Source: a candidate division WWE3 bacterium (GTDB taxonomy: Bacteria; Patescibacteriota; WWE3; JAPLWK01). From it: a stretch of 43,272 nucleotides of DNA. Positions within the stretch are counted from its first letter, which is position 1. Every line of letters begins with the position of its first letter. Positions 1 to 7,818 of this stretch are shown here, in pieces. Below the pieces are notes generated by a model. The model had not been told where the DNA came from. It did no database searches and worked only from the letters and a program-made list of their open reading frames with translations. The DNA lies in contig JAPLWK010000009.1 of NCBI GenBank assembly GCA_026396615.1, forward strand, positions 1 through 43,272, read 5' to 3'. The position numbers were made by a program, and so were the translations under genes.

Positions 1-308
1 ATTGAACCGTCGGTATTAATTACACGAGCCATAGTAAAACCAGTTATAGCCTTAGTAGCATCCGTAGATAAATCACCAGGAGCAATTTTGTAGGCCATTT
101 TGGCGATTGCGGAATCAGCTAACTTGTCGCCTTTTTTTAACATTGGTAAATCTGTTTTAGCGGGAGCTTTTTCGGGCTCAGCGGATACCGTAGTCCTTTG
201 GGTTATTACTGCGCTATTAGTATTCCTATTTTTAATAATGTAGCCACCTTCTACTAGAGCCACAATTAGTAAACCAACGATCGTTAAATTTTTTAAAGAG
301 TTATTCAT
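1..308 (-). CDS. hypothetical membrane-anchored protein, N-terminal part (gene continues beyond window start)
   Basis: ATG at 308 (minus strand) opens a frame with no stop down to position 1: MNNSLKNLTIVGLLIVALVEGGYIIKNRNTN... It has one N-terminal hydrophobic helix. It is absent from the ORF track because it is truncated. Confidence 0.4.
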   Translation of the reverse strand, partial: MNNSLKNLTIVGLLIVALVEGGYIIKNRNTNSAVITQRTTVSAEPEKAPAKTDLPMLKKGDKLADSAIAKMAYKIAPGDLSTDATKAITGFTMARVINTDGS

Positions 309-369
309 AACTATATAGACTACCATCTATACAGTTAAGTGTAAAGTGGAATTATCTTGATGATCTATA

Positions 370-1578
370 TTAGTTATTTAAGAATTTAAATGAGGAAAGG
401 ATGTCAGTTAAGTCCTTAACGATTTTGTCGTTTTTATTTAAAAAACTGAAAGTAACTTTAATAACATGCCCAGGATTAGAAGAAGATTCCAAATAAATAT
501 ATCGACTGCTTCCCCGCGCAACAACGTCAAACATTAATCCTGAGTTACTTCCAAACTTTACAGGAGTTATATCTGTATAACAAGGACAGTTCCCGCTTGG
601 GTTTGGGTCAGGACCCCAAGCACTAAAAGAACGGTCATTCTGAACATATTGCTCTAATGTTTTACCATAGATATATATTGGAGAAAATACGATCAATTCT
701 GGGAAACCGGCGCTCAAAGTAAGACCTTTAAGCACAATATCGGAAGCTTCGGCTAAAGTATAGATTGCGGGATAATTAAAAGTGAAAGCGCTATTTCTAG
801 AATCTTTGTATGTCTTCCAGGTGCTCGTACCAACCGCCGATTCGATCCCTTTAGCAGAATCTATGAAGTTAAATGTAGAAATCATTTGGTTAAATTGAGT
901 TAAGTATTTAGATCTGTCTTTATTTGTAGCTACGCTGTCGTATATCCAAAGTATATAGCTAGCACCGTCTTTTATGGTTTCGTATTTAGTAATAGGTAGT
1001 GGGTCAAATCCTCCCGCATATCTGTAAGATGCCGCTGGTGAGCCCCCTAAAATTGTCCTCTTAACATCTATATTATTAGTATCTCCCAAAATATGTTTTT
1101 GAAAATATTGGTCAAACGGTAAGTTGGAAATTTTATTAGTACTAACTAAAATAACACCAACGACATCATCCACATTATCTAAAGCAGCGCCATTGTTACC
1201 AACCGGTACAATTCTTACTTCATCAATACAACCTTCGCATCCGGAAATGGCAACCATTTTCAAAGAATCTTGTGGGTACTTAATCGAGAAATTTCCTTTT
1301 TGGCTAGTGTAAGTCTTCCAGTCGGCGGTGGGATCGGAGGTTGCGGATGCGGTGGCGGTGGTGGTTTTGGTCGGAGTAACGGCATTGTTAGTGGTGGTTG
1401 GATTTAAAGTTTGAGATTTGCCAAAGTAATAAGCAGAGTAGACTAAGCTACCAACAATGAAAAGACTTATGACCACAATAATAATGCTAATCAAGGTACG
1501 ATGGTTACTCTTAATGGGAGGCTCTGGAATGTTAGGCGCCGTTGTTGGTTGATTTACGGGTGAATTATCAGTTGGCAC
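370..1578 (-). CDS. hypothetical membrane-anchored extracytoplasmic protein
   Basis: 402-aa ORF with a GTG start. It has a Pro/Thr-rich N-terminus, one TM helix (LISIIIVVISLFIVGSLVYSAYYF) and a Thr-rich linker. Two related modules each open with W-K-T-Y...Y-P. No catalytic motif was recognised. Confidence 0.6.
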   Translation of the reverse strand: MPTDNSPVNQPTTAPNIPEPPIKSNHRTLISIIIVVISLFIVGSLVYSAYYFGKSQTLNPTTTNNAVTPTKTTTATASATSDPTADWKTYTSQKGNFSIKYPQDSLKMVAISGCEGCIDEVRIVPVGNNGAALDNVDDVVGVILVSTNKISNLPFDQYFQKHILGDTNNIDVKRTILGGSPAASYRYAGGFDPLPITKYETIKDGASYILWIYDSVATNKDRSKYLTQFNQMISTFNFIDSAKGIESAVGTSTWKTYKDSRNSAFTFNYPAIYTLAEASDIVLKGLTLSAGFPELIVFSPIYIYGKTLEQYVQNDRSFSAWGPDPNPSGNCPCYTDITPVKFGSNSGLMFDVVARGSSRYIYLESSSNPGHVIKVTFSFLNKNDKIVKDLTDILSSFKFLNN

Positions 1579-1584
1579 AGTTTA

Positions 1585-1613
1585 AATATATATATTTGTA
1601 GTGGCGTTGTCAA
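1585..1613 (-). promoter_or_regulatory. sigma70-like promoter, leaderless geometry
   Basis: On the minus strand: TTGACA (1613-1608), 17-nt spacer, TATATT (1590-1585), then 6 nt (TAAACT) and the GTG start at 1578. Confidence 0.45.
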
Positions 1614-1629
1614 CATTTTACCTATCGCC

Positions 1630-1655
1630 GAGGGCGCATCATGATGCGCCCCTAC
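1630..1655. repeat. GC-rich palindromic hairpin element
   Basis: GAGGGCGCATCATGATGCGCCCCTAC, with a perfect 20-nt palindrome at 1632-1651. It lies in the intergenic region between two minus-strand genes. Confidence 0.6.
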
Positions 1656-1727
1656 TTGATCGAGAGAAGGCCTCCCAAAGTTCAACGTGACGAACCTTCG
1701 GTTCTACCAATTTCGCGGCAAAATTGT

Positions 1728-1750
1728 AGGGGCGATTCATAAATCGCCCT
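1728..1750 (-). terminator. GC-rich hairpin, probable intrinsic terminator of the 1786..2385 gene
   Basis: On the minus strand: AGGGCGATT-TATG-AATCGCCCCT followed by ACAATTTTG, 35 nt after the stop codon. Its arms are related to the 1630-1655 and 9623-9646 hairpins. Confidence 0.5.
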
Positions 1751-1785
1751 CAACCGTAACAAGTCTCTACATTGATCATTATCCT

Positions 1786-2385
1786 TTATGGTTTTTGAAG
1801 ATACAATTTAAACCTGCTGTCGTGTGTCATCTGCTCGTTTAGTAAATCACGAATAATTTCGGAACGGCTTTTTTTATATTTGCTAGCAGCCCAATCTAAA
1901 AAATATTTTTGTCTTTTTTTTAAAACAATATTATAACGCCCGTCACCATCTTCAAGTGACGAGTAATTTAAGAACTCAGCAATAATATCTTTATAATTAA
2001 CGAGCGTATATGTTTTGAGAGTTAAGTAAGGAGAATCCAGGGCCTCAATGTATGAATCCGGGAAGGTATTTTCGCGTTTTAAGCGCAACACTAAAACTGG
2101 TTTGTGCTGCTGCAAAGTATATGTTATCTGATGCGACGTACTAAAGTTAGGAACAGTGAATTCAATTACCGAAACATCTGCGGTATCGATTGCATGTAAA
2201 ACATGGCGGTAAACATCTTTAATATCTCGACGAGACTGAGGGTTATCCTCAATCCATTTCCCGCACTCACCGATCCAATCATCTGTTAAAACGTGACCCT
2301 GATCTAGGAGGTACTGCCGAATCTTAAGGTAGTAATCTTTATATACTTTGTAATTTAAGGTGGTGGTGCCAAACCAAATTTTCAT
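1786..2385 (-). CDS. nucleoside 2-deoxyribosyltransferase-like domain fused to a C-terminal ribbon-helix-helix (CopG-like) tail
   Basis: 199-aa ORF. MKIWFG..., ...AIDTADVSVIEF... and ...HKPVLVL... fit the NDT/Rcl-type flavodoxin-like pattern. The C-terminal RYNIVLKKRQKYFLDWAASKYKKSRSEIIRDLLNEQM fits a beta-alpha-alpha RHH pattern. Motif reading only. Confidence 0.45.
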   Translation of the reverse strand: MKIWFGTTTLNYKVYKDYYLKIRQYLLDQGHVLTDDWIGECGKWIEDNPQSRRDIKDVYRHVLHAIDTADVSVIEFTVPNFSTSHQITYTLQQHKPVLVLRLKRENTFPDSYIEALDSPYLTLKTYTLVNYKDIIAEFLNYSSLEDGDGRYNIVLKKRQKYFLDWAASKYKKSRSEIIRDLLNEQMTHDSRFKLYLQKP

Positions 2386-2485
2386 ATGTGTAAATCTTAA
2401 TCTTTATGTGTAATGACTACACACTTAATTAATGGTAATTATATACATGTCGCGATAAATATCAACTTAAAAATAAGGAGTAATT

Positions 2486-2989
2486 ATGGGAATAATCTAT
2501 ACCATTTGTTTTCTATTTCGAGTAAATAACGGGATTAAAGAAATCTGCTTAGGCGAGAAGTTAAAAGGTTTTAGAAAAGGAACCCTAAACGGCTCTGGAG
2601 GTAAACTAAAAGCTGGTGAAACTTACAAAGATTGCGCTATTAGAGAAACTACCGAAGAATTTGGTATTAAAGTTCTAGATATCGAGAAATACGGAGAGGT
2701 CTATTTTTATGATCCTGGTTTAACACACGAATGCCACGTATATGTGGTTAAACAGTGGCATGGTGAACCACACAAAGTGTATAACAGCGATACAGGAGAA
2801 CCAGAGATGGATCCACACTGGTATTCGATTGACGCTATCCCCTATGAAAGGATGGGCACGACCGATAAGTACTGGCTTAAACCACTACTGGCAGGTGGTA
2901 AATTTAAAGCTAGTTTTCGGTATGACGCTAACGATCAAATGTATGATCCTAAATTAGAGGAGTTGCTACCAGAGTATAACTTTGAGTAG
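2486..2989 (+). CDS. NUDIX hydrolase, MTH1/NUDT1-like (oxidised purine nucleotide diphosphatase type)
   Basis: 167-aa ORF with an AAGGAG SD. The Nudix box is GGKLKAGETYKDCAIRETTEEFGI. The C-terminal W..IP...M...DKYWLKPLLAGGKFKASFRY resembles MTH1-type enzymes. Confidence 0.8.
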   Translation: MGIIYTICFLFRVNNGIKEICLGEKLKGFRKGTLNGSGGKLKAGETYKDCAIRETTEEFGIKVLDIEKYGEVYFYDPGLTHECHVYVVKQWHGEPHKVYNSDTGEPEMDPHWYSIDAIPYERMGTTDKYWLKPLLAGGKFKASFRYDANDQMYDPKLEELLPEYNFE

Positions 2990-2994
2990 GATTG

Positions 2995-3033
2995 GCAGGT
3001 TTTGGCAAAATAAATCCAAGACCTGCTTTTTGT
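2995..3033 (+). terminator. intrinsic terminator of the Nudix gene
   Basis: GCAGGTtTTGG-caaaataaat-CCAAgACCTGC followed by TTTTTGTT. Confidence 0.7.
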
Positions 3034-3082
3034 TATGTTGAAAATCAATTGAGGGTAAACACATAGGTCGACCCCTACAATG

Positions 3083-4075
3083 TTACAAGTATTTCGAAAT
3101 GTTTTGATTGTGTTCTTCTATGGTTTTAGCGTAGTGAAAAACGCCTTTAGAATCAGAAAGGTAGTACATAAAGTCGGATTTGGTGGGAAAGGCCACGGCC
3201 GTAAGGGCGCTAAGGCCAGGGTTACAAATAGGACCCGGTGGTAAGCCTTTGTTTACATAGGTATTGTAAGGGGAGTTAATTCTTAAATCCGAGGCCGATA
3301 TTTTACGGGGCCACCAAGTACAGTTGTTCCGCCCTAAACAGGTTTCGGAAGCGGCAGCGTATTGAACAGTGGCATCAACATTTAAAAACCATTCGGCTTT
3401 AAGACGATTAAATAAAATTCCGGCTACCATTTTTTGATCTTCGGAATTACTGGCTTCACGCTCAACTAGTGAAGCTAAGGTAGCGGCTTGCAGTACACTG
3501 ATATTTGACTTGGTATAAGCCTCTTTAATTTCTGGGGCCAGTTTATCGGTGAAAGTGCGATTAAGTAAATCTACCACTGCCGCGGCGTTTACCTGTTGCG
3601 GAGTAAAATAAGTGTCGGGGAAAAGCATGCCTTCAAGGCTAGCGGAAGCCTTTAAGAAATCTCCGTAAGCTGCAGGAGCTTGCAAATGCTCGGCCAAGTA
3701 TGTCGCCATCTCTTCCCGACGCCAGCCCTCCAAGAACGTTAACCGTAAATCCCCAGGCCCGGAAGTTAACACATTTAATATCCCATCGATAGTTAGATTA
3801 TTAGGAATCTTGTAATGACCTACTTGAACAAGATTACCGCGTTTATCAAAATGAGCGTACACCCGAAACAAATTCTCCGAATTTATTAATTTTTTAGTGA
3901 ATAAATCTTTACCAATCTCACTTAAACTTTCGCCGTTTTTAACATCAAAAGCTATCTCACTACCATCACCAAAGTTAGGCCTCTTAATGGCTAAAAAAAC
4001 ATAAGCTATGGAAAAAAGAGTAATAAAAACAAAAATGGTGCCAAAAATTAAGAGTTTACTTTTAGTTGGTTGCAT
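3083..4075 (-). CDS. mltG: endolytic murein transglycosylase MltG (YceG-like)
   Basis: 330-aa ORF with an N-terminal TM anchor. YceG-like pattern: ...LEGWRREEMA..., ...GMLFPDTY..., ...ASLVEREA..., ...NSPYNTY...GLPPGPICNPG. Confidence 0.85.
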   Translation of the reverse strand: MQPTKSKLLIFGTIFVFITLFSIAYVFLAIKRPNFGDGSEIAFDVKNGESLSEIGKDLFTKKLINSENLFRVYAHFDKRGNLVQVGHYKIPNNLTIDGILNVLTSGPGDLRLTFLEGWRREEMATYLAEHLQAPAAYGDFLKASASLEGMLFPDTYFTPQQVNAAAVVDLLNRTFTDKLAPEIKEAYTKSNISVLQAATLASLVEREASNSEDQKMVAGILFNRLKAEWFLNVDATVQYAAASETCLGRNNCTWWPRKISASDLRINSPYNTYVNKGLPPGPICNPGLSALTAVAFPTKSDFMYYLSDSKGVFHYAKTIEEHNQNISKYL

Positions 4076-4080
4076 AAAAT

Positions 4081-4497
4081 TTATACCAAAATCGCGTCTT
4101 CTGATTTTAACAAATAGCGCTCTAAAATAATAGTCGCCGCCATGCTGTCCAAGTGACGACGGGCGTGAGCTGGAGTATCCAAATCAATTGACCGCGCCAA
4201 CGCCTCTTGCGACGAGTAACTTTCCGGAAACAAGCAGATCGGTAGCGACGAACGTCGTTTTAAAAACTGAGCAAACTTTTGCGTTAATGTACTCTGAGGA
4301 TTGATTGCCCCATCCGACGACAAAGGGTAGCCAATAATGATTTTTTCGACGTCACTGCCGACAATTATTTTGATTAATTCGAAAGCCGCACTTTCCCAAT
4401 TCCTGGAATCAATGGATGTGAGTGGTGAAGCAACATCGCCTTCCGCCAACGCCAAGCCCAAAAAACGCATCCCAAAGTCAATCCCGAGTAATCTCAT
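4081..4497 (-). CDS. ruvX: Holliday-junction resolvase-like nuclease RuvX/YqgF
   Basis: 138-aa ORF. MRLLGIDFGMRFLGLALAE... is a YqgF-type N-terminus. The gene is tightly packed with mltG downstream. Confidence 0.8.
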   Translation of the reverse strand: MRLLGIDFGMRFLGLALAEGDVASPLTSIDSRNWESAAFELIKIIVGSDVEKIIIGYPLSSDGAINPQSTLTQKFAQFLKRRSSLPICLFPESYSSQEALARSIDLDTPAHARRHLDSMAATIILERYLLKSEDAILV

Positions 4498-6014
4498 AAT
4501 TTTGAAACAACGACGTTGATGTGACTGGGAACTTTAGGCATCCGTGATCCAAAGTTTAGAATGGCAGGCGTAATGTCAATTTTATAAGAGTCAATATTGG
4601 GTAGCAGTTCCAAATAATGCTTAGCGTAGGCCAAACTTTGACCGGCCAAACTATTTTGAATATCAGCGGTGACATATTTGGGAACGACTGCGGACGTACC
4701 TTTAATAATCATTTGCGGATGAGTAGTCTCTAAAGTATCGGTTATCAAACTCATATCGATCTGTTTTTCTTCCGGCGATAAAGTGTAATTTTGAGGGACA
4801 AGCGCCTGCATTAATGCCTTCCACAGAGTTTTTACATTGTCCTCTTTAAAAGCATAAGTTGTTGACACCGCCGTGGCCGTTAAATTTAGATTATCGGCCT
4901 TTTCCCCGAGTCCCTTGTCAAAATTTTGGCCGACTACGGCGAAATCGGTGCCAATGCTGGGCGATATTAAACCAACCGGAATGGCAGACGTAAACTTCTG
5001 TTTAATAGCTTCAACCAGTTGCGCGGTAACGGTATCTAAAAGCTTTTTTTGATCGACCTCGGCTACCACCGCCACTTTATTTTGCTTACCACCGGAAAAT
5101 CCATTATCGTTTTGAGCGATAAAATTATTTGGGCTTTCATCAGCCACGCTTAATTGCGACCCACCAGCAATGTTGAACTGGTCACCGTAGGACTGAGCCG
5201 TCACTGTCGCCGTCACCTTACCATACTCATAAGTAGTGGTTTCGCCTTGCGGAGTGGCGGAGACGGTAGCCACAGACCGAGCGGGAACGTTAATTTCCTT
5301 GTCTAAATTAAAGGCTAAATTATTATTACTGGTGGTAACTAGAGAAATCAAGGTATTCTTGGGGAAAGTTTTAGCATGATCGGTTTTATTAAGAACCGTA
5401 ATTGTCCCTTTGGCATAGTCGCCCTCGATTTTAGTCCCGGTCGTCGCTGCTCCCGCAGAGGCCGTGGCGTAAATTACAATCTTTTGGGCCGGTAATATTG
5501 CCTGGGCGCTGTCAACAGCGGTTGCCGCCTCCGACAAATTTACGACCAAGCTTTTGGCTAAAGAATCAGTCGAAAACTTAAGAGTCACTGTAGCCCTTGG
5601 TAAATTTGTTAAAAAGACCCCACTAATAATTACCAATAAAATTCCGGCAACAACAATTGCCCCAAAGATAATCCCAAATTTAGCCGGCCGGAATCGTTTA
5701 AAATTAAAAGAACTGATTATCTTTTTAACATCGAATTTAGACTTTAGTAACTCTGGAGCAGCAACCGGTGCCACCACTACCAGCTCTGTCCCGAAAATAC
5801 CGCCTATTAAAGCCTCGGACTGCGGATCGGTTCCTTTAAATTCCAAACTCTTGCCCAAATCCAGAGCTTCCTTAGTTAATAGCTTTAAATTAATAACATT
5901 ATCTAAAATTGGCAGTCCGGATTTAACAACAACTTCGATTGTATTATCAGGATTTGCCCGAATTTTTTTTAATAAAGTTATAAAATTATCGTTTTCAGTG
6001 GCTGCGAATGTCAT
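4494..6014 (-). CDS. hypothetical single-pass membrane protein downstream of the FtsA/PilM-like gene
   Basis: 506-aa ORF overlapping both neighbours by 4 nt. It has a cytoplasmic N-domain, a TM helix (FGIIFGAIVVAGILLVIISGVFL) and a large Thr/Ala/Val-rich outer domain. No motif was recognised. Confidence 0.6.
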   Translation of the reverse strand: MTFAATENDNFITLLKKIRANPDNTIEVVVKSGLPILDNVINLKLLTKEALDLGKSLEFKGTDPQSEALIGGIFGTELVVVAPVAAPELLKSKFDVKKIISSFNFKRFRPAKFGIIFGAIVVAGILLVIISGVFLTNLPRATVTLKFSTDSLAKSLVVNLSEAATAVDSAQAILPAQKIVIYATASAGAATTGTKIEGDYAKGTITVLNKTDHAKTFPKNTLISLVTTSNNNLAFNLDKEINVPARSVATVSATPQGETTTYEYGKVTATVTAQSYGDQFNIAGGSQLSVADESPNNFIAQNDNGFSGGKQNKVAVVAEVDQKKLLDTVTAQLVEAIKQKFTSAIPVGLISPSIGTDFAVVGQNFDKGLGEKADNLNLTATAVSTTYAFKEDNVKTLWKALMQALVPQNYTLSPEEKQIDMSLITDTLETTHPQMIIKGTSAVVPKYVTADIQNSLAGQSLAYAKHYLELLPNIDSYKIDITPAILNFGSRMPKVPSHINVVVSKL

Positions 6015-6541
6015 AAATTAAGTAGACCAATCGCTATTGCGGGAAGATATTCCGGACCTAAAATATTATCACTAGGAAGACCTAAGTCTGGAGGCATTAA
6101 ATTTCTAACCTTTAATTCGCCTTTTATGGGTAAATTATGAGACCAAGCGGGATCGGAAATAAACTTCACAACATCCGGTAGCAAACTGCCACCACCGCTA
6201 ATCAAAATTTCAGATGGTAATAATTTTATCCCTTCGATATCGGAAAGCCCTACTTCCAAACCCTTTAAAAACACCGGAATTAAATCTTTAAGAGACTCCG
6301 AAATTAATGCGAGTTGATCTTCGGGTAGCCGTTTTTCCCCGTAGGAAATTTTCTTTAGTTCCGCTTCGTTAATACTGTTACCGAGGCGTTCGGAAATGAT
6401 TTGACTAAAAAAGCGACCCCCCAGTCCCAAGGTCCGATTGCCTGTAATTCCGCCCCCAAAGATAACCGCAATATCTGTTGTCTCGCCGCCAATGTCCAGT
6501 AAAATCGTGTTTAAAGCCCCGGTATAATTCTTTTTTAGCAC
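6011..6541 (-). CDS. actin-like ATPase of the FtsA/PilM family, C-terminal half (fragment)
   Basis: 176-aa ORF with a GTG start. The phosphate-2/adenosine motifs are LLDIGGETTDIAVIFGG and ILISGGGSLLP. It starts 5 nt after the stop of the N-terminal half, in another frame. Confidence 0.7.
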   Translation of the reverse strand: MLKKNYTGALNTILLDIGGETTDIAVIFGGGITGNRTLGLGGRFFSQIISERLGNSINEAELKKISYGEKRLPEDQLALISESLKDLIPVFLKGLEVGLSDIEGIKLLPSEILISGGGSLLPDVVKFISDPAWSHNLPIKGELKVRNLMPPDLGLPSDNILGPEYLPAIAIGLLNL

Positions 6542-6546
6542 TGCTC

Positions 6547-7143
6547 CTAAAGAATATAAAGAACTTCGAAAATTAGACTGACAGCTTGTATAAAAGAGGT
6601 AGTTACAGCCAATTCTAAAACCTCACCCTTCATACCAACTAAATTGTCGGCATTAAAATTATCGACTTTAGCCATGAATTTATCGGAATGTAGTAACTTT
6701 AACTCAAAATCGCTACCGCAAAGAATGGCGAATTCCTTAGAGGCTTCTATATTGGCCGCTTCTTCAATTTGCCGCCGAGTGCTAGCTAATTCTTTTTCGG
6801 AAATAGAATTTTCTGGACTGGGGCGAGTTAAACGCGCTGAAGTGGTTAAACACTGCACCATTTCGCCACTTAAACTAACGTAAACATTTTTAATAGGATA
6901 TTTAAAAGTTGAAGAAACCTCTTCTAAAGCTTGACGACAGGACTCAAGCACCCCCAGTTCACTAATAATTAAACCACCTCGCACCGCGCCATCCGGCAAA
7001 CTTTGCTTAGCGTATGATTTGACCTGCGGCTTCCCGTCGACATTTTCAAAAGCCATCACTTTCACGAAATCAGTCCCCACATCAAGAACGAGATACGACG
7101 ATAAACTTTGTGATTTAGGCAGAAGTTTAGCAAAAAGATCCAT
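6547..7143 (-). CDS. actin-like ATPase of the FtsA/PilM family, N-terminal half (fragment)
   Basis: 198-aa ORF. The phosphate-1 motif is YLVLDVGTDFVKVMAF. It ends at a TAG at 6547-6549. Confidence 0.7.
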   Translation of the reverse strand: MDLFAKLLPKSQSLSSYLVLDVGTDFVKVMAFENVDGKPQVKSYAKQSLPDGAVRGGLIISELGVLESCRQALEEVSSTFKYPIKNVYVSLSGEMVQCLTTSARLTRPSPENSISEKELASTRRQIEEAANIEASKEFAILCGSDFELKLLHSDKFMAKVDNFNADNLVGMKGEVLELAVTTSFIQAVSLIFEVLYIL

Positions 7144-7163
7144 TACGGTTAAGTATACAATTA

Positions 7164-7517
7164 TTAATTAAAATTTTTCAGAATTGATTCAATGGAAGTT
7201 TTTAGAGTAATAATGTCCTCAGCTGCCACTTTCCACACCTCTTCCCAATCAACATCGTTGTATTCGTGCACTATTCTGTCCCGCATGCCAGCCATTTCTC
7301 GCCACGGAATATCCGGATACTTAATTCTAAATGATTCTTCGACTTTCTTCGCTGCCTCACCGATTATCTCAATGTTGCGAACAATCGCATCTTGATAAAG
7401 TCCTTTACCTTCGATAAAGTCCTCCTTCTTCGGAGCATCCTGAAAATAAAGCTCAATTGCCTTAATTGCTTCCAAAATATCCTTTAAGTAAGGCAAATAA
7501 TTTTTACTTTTTCTCAT
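7164..7517 (-). CDS. hepT: HepT-like HEPN-domain RNase toxin (DUF86)
   Basis: 117-aa ORF with the HEPN R-x4-H motif RDRIVHEY. It overlaps the upstream nucleotidyltransferase gene by 14 nt. Confidence 0.8.
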   Translation of the reverse strand: MRKSKNYLPYLKDILEAIKAIELYFQDAPKKEDFIEGKGLYQDAIVRNIEIIGEAAKKVEESFRIKYPDIPWREMAGMRDRIVHEYNDVDWEEVWKVAAEDIITLKTSIESILKNFN

Positions 7518-7800
7518 ACAAGGTAATTACATCTTGAAGAACGCTGGGGCTAATGTATTTGTTCAAAGATTTTTTAGTTACCAAATCAACCTTTCGATTA
7601 TTAAAGATATTTTCGGAGAGATCATATTCGATACCGACGTGACGAAGTAGGCTGGGAGTTTCCAAAAACTCCACCAGCAGATCAATATCGCTTTTAGAGT
7701 CGGCCTCGCCTCTCGCGAAAGATCCAAAAAGCCCCAAATACGAAATCTGATTCTTCTGACATAGTTTATTTAAATTTTCCTGTTCGTAATGTAATTGCAT
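7504..7800 (-). CDS. mntA: MntA-like minimal nucleotidyltransferase antitoxin
   Basis: 98-aa ORF with the motif GLFGSFARGEADSKSDIDLLV (G-S...D-x-D of pol-beta-fold NTases). Confidence 0.8.
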   Translation of the reverse strand: MQLHYEQENLNKLCQKNQISYLGLFGSFARGEADSKSDIDLLVEFLETPSLLRHVGIEYDLSENIFNNRKVDLVTKKSLNKYISPSVLQDVITLYEKK

Positions 7801-7806
7801 AGTTAA

Positions 7807-7815
7807 ATTATAGCA
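7807..7815 (-). promoter_or_regulatory. extended -10 box, leaderless geometry (mntA-hepT)
   Basis: On the minus strand: TGcTATAAT, then 6 nt (TTAACT), then the ATG at 7800. Confidence 0.5.
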
Positions 7816-7818
7816 ATT

